Shown here one piece after another: positions 57,557 to 64,000 of a DNA stretch of 64,000 nucleotides. Position 1 is the stretch's first letter, and each line of letters opens with the position of its first letter. This stretch comes from Oscillospiraceae bacterium (GTDB taxonomy: Bacteria > Bacillota > Clostridia > UBA1212 > UBA1255), in the NCBI GenBank assembly GCA_015069165.1, contig SVJD01000002.1:65385-129384 (forward strand). The letters run 5' to 3'. The position numbers were made by a program, and so were the translations under genes. The notes under the pieces are model-generated. The model saw only the letters and a program-made list of their open reading frames with translations. It ran no database searches and was not told the DNA's origin.

Positions 57557-59797
57557 ATGAAAATATATTTAAATAAATTTGAAAGTGAAAACGAAAGCAA
57601 ATTTTCCAGAGGTGTGGCTTTGGGGAATTTTGACGGAATTCACATAGGTCATTCTAAATTAATACAGACTCTTGTACATGAATGCAGAAACAGAAATTTT
57701 GTTTCGTGTGTGTATACATTCGAGAATCATCCCAACAATGTGATTTTCAAAGATAAACATACGCCCGTTATTATGACTGTGGAACAGAAAATCAAAATTA
57801 CGGAAGAACTCGGTGTTGACGAGCTTTTTTTAGAGCGTTTTGATGAAGAATACGCGGCGACATCTCCCGAAGATTTCATAAAAAATATTTTGGTGGAAAA
57901 ATTAAGTGCAAAGCTCGTTGTGGTGGGTTATGACTATTCATACGGCCGTTTTGGACAAGGTAAAGTTGAAATGCTTATTGAAAAAGGCAAAGAATACGGC
58001 TTTGAAGTAATTGTAATTCCCCAAATTAAGAAGTTTTTGCCCGGCTTGGAAAAAGAAGTAAAAGTTTCCAGTACCGTGCTCAGAGAATTTATAAAGAATG
58101 CAGATATGGAAAATTACAGGGCCTTGACAGGGCGTAATTACGCTATCCCCGGAAAAGTAGCTCAAGGCAGAAAAGTCGGCAAAAAGTTAGGTTTTCCCAC
58201 AGCAAATATTTTGCCGAAAGCAGGATTTGCATTGCCTGAATTCGGAGTATATGCAACCGTAACTCACGCAGACGGCAAAACATACAGAAGCATAACCAAT
58301 ATCGGTAATAATCCTACTTTCAAAGATGCCGAAAGTATCACCATAGAAACACATCTTATAGGATTTAAAGGGGAACTTTATGGGCAAGATATAGAAGTTG
58401 AATTCATAAAGAAAATGCGAGGCGAAATCACATTTTCATCGCCTGATGAACTCATAAATCAGATTAGTAAAGATTTGAAGGACAGAAAAGATATGAATGA
58501 CGGCATACAAAAAATGTATGAAAGAAACGGTGTGGAGATTTATTATGTTCCGGCCGATAAATTTAAAACTGCAGTTATTAAAGTTATGATTTGTGATAAT
58601 TTGTCGCACGAAAGAGCGTATAAAAACAGCCTTATTTCTGCAATATTAAACAGCGGAACAAAAAAATATCCCACAATAAAGAAAATTTCCGAGAAAATGC
58701 AAGAATTATACGGAGCAGGATTGTCGGTGGGCGTTTCATCGGTAGGCGAAGTGCAAACTACGGAAATTTGGACGGAATATACGGAGCAAAAATACGTTCC
58801 CAATAATCCTCGTCTCGAAAGAGATATTATTGATTTTGTTTTTGAACTTATTTTTAATCCCGATACGAGAGAATATAACGGTAAAACAGGATTTGTACAA
58901 GAAACATTCGAACGCGAAAGAATAAACCGCGATGAGCAGATTAAAGCTCTCATAAATGATAAAAATTCGTATGCAAATCGCAGATGTATAGAAGTGATGT
59001 GTGAAAATGAGCCGTACAGCGTAAGCAGTATCGGCAAAATAGGCGACGGCGACAACCTTACGCCAGTTTCTCTTTATGAATATTACAAAGAAAACTTTTT
59101 AAAACATTCAGTAGTAAAAATATTCTATTCAGGCAAAAAATATCCCGAAATACTAACGGAGTATACAGCGAAATTCTTTGAAGATACAAATCGAATACAA
59201 ATAAATGAAGCGTATCTGCAAAAAGAAAACATAAAAGAAAGTGACGTAAAATATGTGGAAGAAGCCCAAAATATTACTCAAGGCAAACTTTTTATGGGCT
59301 TTAGAGTCAATACTCCGCCTTTATCGCCTGAATATTATGCGTCTGTTTTGTGTGTTGCTATATTAGGACAAGGCACACAATCGAAAATGTTTGTAAATAT
59401 AAGAGAAAAAAACAGTATGGCATATTATGCGGCGGCATATTCAAACAGAATGAAAGGTGTAATGCTTGCATATTGCGCAATAGATTTTGCTGACAAAGAT
59501 GCGGCGCAAAAACTCATAAAAGAGCAACTTGACGCCATTCGAAACGGTGAAATTTCACAAGACGAGTATGTAGCTGCAGTAAAAACACTTTGCAACGATT
59601 TGTATTCTTACAGTGACAGCCAAAGCCACATGCTATCTTATTATTTTAACCAGTCTGTTATGGGTAGAATTACAGATCCGTCGGAATATGCAGAAAAAAT
59701 TAAAGCAGTTACTATCGAAGAAATTTCCAAAGCGGCCAAAAGAATCAGTTTGGATACCGTATATTTTTTAACGGGAGAAGGGGAGCAAGGTAAATAA
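57557..59797 (+). CDS. ribF: Fusion protein: bifunctional riboflavin kinase/FAD synthetase (aa 1-~310) + M16-family peptidase-like domain lacking the zinc motif (aa ~313-746)
   Basis: N-terminal GNFDGIHIGHSKLI and GRKVGKKLGFPTANI...IETHLIGF. The frame continues without a stop into an insulinase-like module (YERNGVEIYYVPADKFKT...) with no HxxEH. Confidence 0.75.
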   Translation: MKIYLNKFESENESKFSRGVALGNFDGIHIGHSKLIQTLVHECRNRNFVSCVYTFENHPNNVIFKDKHTPVIMTVEQKIKITEELGVDELFLERFDEEYAATSPEDFIKNILVEKLSAKLVVVGYDYSYGRFGQGKVEMLIEKGKEYGFEVIVIPQIKKFLPGLEKEVKVSSTVLREFIKNADMENYRALTGRNYAIPGKVAQGRKVGKKLGFPTANILPKAGFALPEFGVYATVTHADGKTYRSITNIGNNPTFKDAESITIETHLIGFKGELYGQDIEVEFIKKMRGEITFSSPDELINQISKDLKDRKDMNDGIQKMYERNGVEIYYVPADKFKTAVIKVMICDNLSHERAYKNSLISAILNSGTKKYPTIKKISEKMQELYGAGLSVGVSSVGEVQTTEIWTEYTEQKYVPNNPRLERDIIDFVFELIFNPDTREYNGKTGFVQETFERERINRDEQIKALINDKNSYANRRCIEVMCENEPYSVSSIGKIGDGDNLTPVSLYEYYKENFLKHSVVKIFYSGKKYPEILTEYTAKFFEDTNRIQINEAYLQKENIKESDVKYVEEAQNITQGKLFMGFRVNTPPLSPEYYASVLCVAILGQGTQSKMFVNIREKNSMAYYAAAYSNRMKGVMLAYCAIDFADKDAAQKLIKEQLDAIRNGEISQDEYVAAVKTLCNDLYSYSDSQSHMLSYYFNQSVMGRITDPSEYAEKIKAVTIEEISKAAKRISLDTVYFLTGEGEQGK

Positions 59798-59798
59798 A

Positions 59799-61091
59799 AT
59801 GGAAAAACAGCCAATTATAAAAGAACGTAATTTTTCTGATTTCAATGAAAAAATATATGAGTTTGACCATGAATCCGGCTTGCATGTACAGATAATTCCA
59901 AAAAAAGGTTTCGTTAAAAAGTTTGCGGTGCTTACCACTGACTTCGGCTCTGTGAATACAAAATATTTAGACGAAAACGGCGAAACAATAACCGTTCCTG
60001 ACGGTACGGCGCATTTTTTGGAGCATAAGCTATATGAACAGCCCGATGGCGATGTTATGAATAAATTTGCGGCTTTGGGGGCAGATTGCAACGCGGCAAC
60101 AGGTTATTCAAGAACATTTTACTATTTTGAAAGCACCGAAAACTTTTCGGAATGCCTTGCCCTTTTGTTAAAACATGTTTTTCATCCTTACTTTACGGAA
60201 GAAAACGTAAATAAAGAAAAAGGCATTATTGTGCAGGAAATAAATATGTATTTGGATGAGCCCGAATACGTTTGCTCCACAGAGCTTATGAAGCTTTTGT
60301 ATAAGAACAATCCTGTAAAAAAAGATATAGCAGGAACCGAAGAATCTGTAATGAGCATAACACCGGAAATGCTTTATAAATGCCACAGCGTATTTTACAG
60401 ACCTGACAATATGTGCCTTACGGTTGTGGGAGATGTGGAAAATGATTTGGTGCTTTCCGCTCTGGAAAGAGCAGAACTTCCGCAAAAGAGCCGCAAACCG
60501 ATTGTTAAGCTTCTTCCCCAGGAACCTGATACTGTTTTCGGCAAGAAAAGCACGGTTAAGATGGATGCATCTTTGCCTCTTTTTAGTTTTGGATTTAAAG
60601 ATAATCCGGATTTGTACACAGGGCAAACACGTGTCAGAAGAAAATTAACGGGAAGAATCGTAAAAGAATTGCTTTTCGGGACTACTTCAGATTTGTATGA
60701 AAAACTGTACAACGAAGGATATATAAATTATGATTTTTATGCATCTTACGAATTGGAACGTGATTATGCGATGTTCAGTATATCAGGTTCATCGGAGCAA
60801 ATCGACAAAGTTGAAGAAATAATAAAAGAATATATTCAAGATGTCATAAAAAACGGTGTAAAAACAAAAGAATTCCTTATGGTGCGAAACGCTATGCAAG
60901 GGGAAACAATAAGATACTTTGATTCCCCCTCGTATCTGGGCAGAATATTCGGCAGATTCTATCTGCAGGAAATGGATGCGTTTGACTATTTCCTTTCATG
61001 TGGTAAAATTACTGAGGAAGAAGTCAACAATATGATAAAAGATTTATTTTCAGGAGAACCGGCAATCTCCGTAGTCGAAAGGCAGGAATAA
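59799..61091 (+). CDS. M16-family (pitrilysin/insulinase) zinc metallopeptidase, active-site subunit
   Basis: Inverted zincin motif HFLEH (GTAHFLEHKLYE) with a downstream Glu (EKGIIVQEI). Starts 1 nt after the upstream stop. Confidence 0.8.
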   Translation: MEKQPIIKERNFSDFNEKIYEFDHESGLHVQIIPKKGFVKKFAVLTTDFGSVNTKYLDENGETITVPDGTAHFLEHKLYEQPDGDVMNKFAALGADCNAATGYSRTFYYFESTENFSECLALLLKHVFHPYFTEENVNKEKGIIVQEINMYLDEPEYVCSTELMKLLYKNNPVKKDIAGTEESVMSITPEMLYKCHSVFYRPDNMCLTVVGDVENDLVLSALERAELPQKSRKPIVKLLPQEPDTVFGKKSTVKMDASLPLFSFGFKDNPDLYTGQTRVRRKLTGRIVKELLFGTTSDLYEKLYNEGYINYDFYASYELERDYAMFSISGSSEQIDKVEEIIKEYIQDVIKNGVKTKEFLMVRNAMQGETIRYFDSPSYLGRIFGRFYLQEMDAFDYFLSCGKITEEEVNNMIKDLFSGEPAISVVERQE

Positions 61092-61094
61092 TAT

Positions 61095-62084
61095 ATGGGC
61101 CCAGTGTTAAACAATATAGCGTTACTTACAAAGGGGTGGGTAGAATTTCCGAATCTCTTCGGAGATAAAGGTCTGCGCATACCGATAAATGATACAGCCT
61201 TTAACCTCGGTACAATCGAAGTTAAGTGGTATGGTTTGATTATTTGTCTTGCGGTTGTTTTGTGTATATTTTTGGGCTTGAAATCATGCCAAAAACACGG
61301 TATGACACAAGACGATATGCTTGATTATGTTTTATTTGCTATTCCTTCTGCAATGGTAGGGGCAAGACTCTACTACGTAATATTTGAATGGGAAAGTTAT
61401 GCGCAAGAACCGATTAAAGCGTTCTACGTTTGGGAGGGCGGTTTGGCAGTATACGGTGGTGTGATAGCCGCGTTAATAGCACTGCTTTGCGTTGCGAAAT
61501 ATAAAAAACAATCTTTTTTAAGAGTTGCCGGTTTTGCAATGCCTTACATAATTTTGGGGCAAGCAATAGGCAGATGGGGAAACTTCTTCAACCAAGAGGC
61601 ATTCGGACGCTATACAACACTTCCTTGGGGCATGACAGGTGACCGGATATCACAGTGGGTCAATACGCAAGTTGCAAATGATGTGCCGGGATATTCCGTC
61701 GGAACGCTCGTACACCCTACATTTTTGTACGAATCCCTTTGGTGTTTTGCAGCTTTTGCTTTTATGATGGTATATCGCAAAAAGTGGGAGAAGCATGAAG
61801 GCGAAAGCTTGTGTCTTTATATGATTTTATACGGATTGGAAAGAACTTTTGTTGAAGCGTTGAGAACGGATAGTCTTTATATAGGAAATACAAATGTGAG
61901 AGTTTCGCAACTTCTTTCTGCAGTATTGATAATAGTGGGTGTAGCTTTGTTTTTTGATATAAAACGCAGACAGAAAAATGCTGTATATGAAGACATTGAT
62001 ACGGAATCTGACGAGGAAGTTTCGGGCGGACTTGAGAGCGTAGTTGAAATAATGCAACGAGGGGAAGACGATGAAGCTCAATAA
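61095..62084 (+). CDS. lgt: Prolipoprotein diacylglyceryl transferase
   Basis: Lgt pattern: VKWYGLII...GARLYYV...GGLAVYGGVI...GRWGNFFNQEAFG...HPTFLYESLW. Acidic C-terminal tail. Confidence 0.9.
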   Translation: MGPVLNNIALLTKGWVEFPNLFGDKGLRIPINDTAFNLGTIEVKWYGLIICLAVVLCIFLGLKSCQKHGMTQDDMLDYVLFAIPSAMVGARLYYVIFEWESYAQEPIKAFYVWEGGLAVYGGVIAALIALLCVAKYKKQSFLRVAGFAMPYIILGQAIGRWGNFFNQEAFGRYTTLPWGMTGDRISQWVNTQVANDVPGYSVGTLVHPTFLYESLWCFAAFAFMMVYRKKWEKHEGESLCLYMILYGLERTFVEALRTDSLYIGNTNVRVSQLLSAVLIIVGVALFFDIKRRQKNAVYEDIDTESDEEVSGGLESVVEIMQRGEDDEAQ

Positions 62085-63258
62085 CGGATTGCGGACCGGA
62101 GGCTTTAATGCAAAACGTCCGTATATGATGCAAATCGAGGCGAAAGGCAAACTCGACTATATACTTAAATTTGACTATTTTCTCATGGGAACAGTGTTGA
62201 TGATTTCCTTGATAGGTTTGTTGTTCCTTGATGGAGCTATGTCTAATATGTATGCCGACGGAGGCAAGAGTGCGATGCTTGTGCAAATTATAGGTTTGGT
62301 AGCAGGTGTTGCAATTGCAGTAGGTTTTTCATTTGCAGATTATTATTTATTCAGAGTATTCAGTTGGATTTTTTACGGATTCAATGTCTTAATGATGCTG
62401 AGTGTATTTACGCCGTTGGGCATAGAACAAAACGGCAGCAGAGCTTGGATAGATTTGAAATTTACAACATATCAGCCGTCTGAACTTATGAAGCTTGCTA
62501 TGGTACTCGTTATAGCGCAACAGATTGAATTCATGGAAAAAGAAGGCGGTATGACATTAAAACGAGGAGCAATTATATTAGGCTCATTTTTACTGCCTTT
62601 AGGTCTTGTTTTCTTGCAGAAAGATATCGGTCAGTCGATGGTGTTCATATTTGTGTTTTTGATTTGCATTTTTGTGGGCGGCGTCAATATGAAATTTATA
62701 CTTTCAATAATCGGCGTAGGAGCATTAGCAGTGCCGTTTGTTTGGAAATTTGCTATGAATGATGCCAGACGAGGAAGATTGCTGTCTTTCATCGATCCCG
62801 ACAAATATTTGGACTATTCCTACCAGTTGAGGCGAACAATGATGGCAATAGGCTCCGGCAAGCTTACGGGAGAAGGTATCGGAGAAGGTACTATGAATAA
62901 TGCGAAAAAAATTCCCGTAAAAATGTCTGATTCCATTTTTGCCGTAATAGGCGAAGAAGCCGGATTTATTGGTTGTGTTATAGTTATTTTGCTTATGGCA
63001 GTAATGCTTGGCAGAATGTTTTACATTTCATATAAAGCAAGAGAAACATTCGGAAAATGTGTTGCAGCAGGCATTTTTGCCATGTTTGCATTTAATATAG
63101 TAGAAAACATCGGAATGAACATCGGAATTATGCCTATTACAGGCTTGCCGCTTCCTTTTATAAGTAAAGGCGGCAGCTCTATGATTACTAACTATATGGC
63201 AATAGGCGTTTTATTAAGCATATCAATGAGGCGGCAACGTGGCTTTTTCTCGGATTAA
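62071..63258 (+). CDS. SEDS-family peptidoglycan glycosyltransferase (RodA/FtsW/SpoVE type)
   Basis: YQPSELMKL, SDSIFAVIGEEAGFIG, LPFISKGGSS motifs. Start uncertain: 62071 has a GAGGGGAAG RBS, and the ATG at 62125 is an alternative. Confidence 0.85.
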   Translation: MKLNNGLRTGGFNAKRPYMMQIEAKGKLDYILKFDYFLMGTVLMISLIGLLFLDGAMSNMYADGGKSAMLVQIIGLVAGVAIAVGFSFADYYLFRVFSWIFYGFNVLMMLSVFTPLGIEQNGSRAWIDLKFTTYQPSELMKLAMVLVIAQQIEFMEKEGGMTLKRGAIILGSFLLPLGLVFLQKDIGQSMVFIFVFLICIFVGGVNMKFILSIIGVGALAVPFVWKFAMNDARRGRLLSFIDPDKYLDYSYQLRRTMMAIGSGKLTGEGIGEGTMNNAKKIPVKMSDSIFAVIGEEAGFIGCVIVILLMAVMLGRMFYISYKARETFGKCVAAGIFAMFAFNIVENIGMNIGIMPITGLPLPFISKGGSSMITNYMAIGVLLSISMRRQRGFFSD

Positions 63259-63316
63259 ATTTACAAAAATAAAAAAATACAGCGTATTGAGTTTTAAAAT
63301 ACTTTGCTGCGCTTTT

Positions 63317-64000
63317 ATGGTGCTGTGCCTTTTTTGCGGTTTAGTACCTCTGTTTTTGTTTGGTCACTTTAATCCGGGAAATATTTCCCTTATAATCTAC
63401 GCAGTATTATTGTTTGCGGTTCTCTTTCCCAAAAATGTAAAAACAAAAAATATTAAAATCAAAAAAATTTTGTTTGTTCTTAAAAAAACAGTAGCAGTAT
63501 TTCTTGCGGTATGTTTTTTAACAGGCGCTTTTGTAAGTGTATTTATGATAGAACACGCCTTTTTCAACGAGCCTTCCGAGGGTACGGAATCTGCCGGAAC
63601 AGTTGTGGTTTTAGGGTGCAAAATAATAAACAAAAGGCCGTCGCTTACACTCAAAGGAAGACTTGATGCAGCGTATGAGTATTTAGACAAGAATAAAGAT
63701 ACTGTTGCAATAGTTTCGGGAGGACAAGGTTGGGATGAAGAAACATCGGAAGCTTCCGTTATGAAAAAATATCTGGTGGACAAAGGTATTGAGGAACACC
63801 GCATTATTATGGAAGAAAAAGCAGTAAATACAGATGAAAATATAAAATTTTCCGGTGAAATAATAAAAGAAAACAATTTGCCTGAAACAATGTATATTGT
63901 GACAGACACTTTTCACTCTTACAGAGGATATTTATTTGCAGAAAAAAACGGATATGAAGCAAAAAATATAAGTTCGGATATATATTGGCCGCTTTTCGGA
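63317..64000 (+). CDS. DUF218 (YdcF/SanA-like) membrane protein, 3' end outside window; not in the supplied ORF track
   Basis: Hand translation of the + frame gives ...VVVLGCKIINKRPSLTLKGRLDAAYEYLDKNKDTVAIVSGGQGWDEETSEASVMKKYLVDKGIEEHRIIMEEKAVNTDENIKFS...YIVTDTFHSYRG, the DUF218 pattern. The frame is open to base 64000. Start uncertain (ATG 63317 or TTG 63287). Confidence 0.7.
   Translation, partial: MVLCLFCGLVPLFLFGHFNPGNISLIIYAVLLFAVLFPKNVKTKNIKIKKILFVLKKTVAVFLAVCFLTGAFVSVFMIEHAFFNEPSEGTESAGTVVVLGCKIINKRPSLTLKGRLDAAYEYLDKNKDTVAIVSGGQGWDEETSEASVMKKYLVDKGIEEHRIIMEEKAVNTDENIKFSGEIIKENNLPETMYIVTDTFHSYRGYLFAEKNGYEAKNISSDIYWPLFG

Noticed and set aside
63397-63909. 170-aa minus-strand ORF near the window end
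   Set aside because: It is antisense to a + strand frame that translates into a clear DUF218/YdcF-like protein running off the window. The minus ORF is a low-complexity shadow.
1-64000. CRISPR arrays, rRNA genes, IS elements
   Set aside because: Reading the intergenic regions showed no regularly spaced direct repeats, no rRNA-like sequence and no transposase-like ORF.

Overview
This window is an AT-rich chromosomal segment from a spore-forming Firmicute, probably Clostridia or Oscillospiraceae-like; that placement is inferred from gene content, not from a search. Almost all genes lie on the + strand. Bases 1-11.7 kb hold two back-to-back carbohydrate-type ABC uptake loci: three solute-binding proteins and two permease pairs, with no ATPase. 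An NHL/TPR/Yip1 membrane protein and a large DUF5696-like protein sit between them. Bases 11.8-25.3 kb carry housekeeping and sporulation genes: ylbJ, metA, rbgA, rnhB, engB, a lysA-like gene, an XRE-cupin regulator with an acyl-CoA synthetase, ybaB, recR, prfA and tsaC. Bases 25.3-34.7 kb look like an accessory island. It starts with a small tyrosine recombinase, followed directly by a 294-bp element bounded by perfect 22-bp inverted repeats. That element sits just upstream of a two-gene operon for large secreted cohesin/dockerin proteins. This is the main finding: a probable phase-variable invertible switch controlling a cohesin-dockerin surface assembly that carries a CHAP-like domain. The rest of the window holds spoIVA, a stand-alone tRNA-Lys(UUU), hisS, mtaB, two DUF881 genes, a pdaA-like gene, yqfC, yqfD, an EF-G paralog, citrate synthase, leuS, argS, dnaG-rpoD, a RibF-M16 fusion with an active M16 partner, lgt, a rodA-type gene and a partial DUF218 gene missing from the ORF track. 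I saw no CRISPR array, rRNA, transposase or recognisable riboswitch or T-box. All calls come from reading the sequence and translations by eye; no searches were run.
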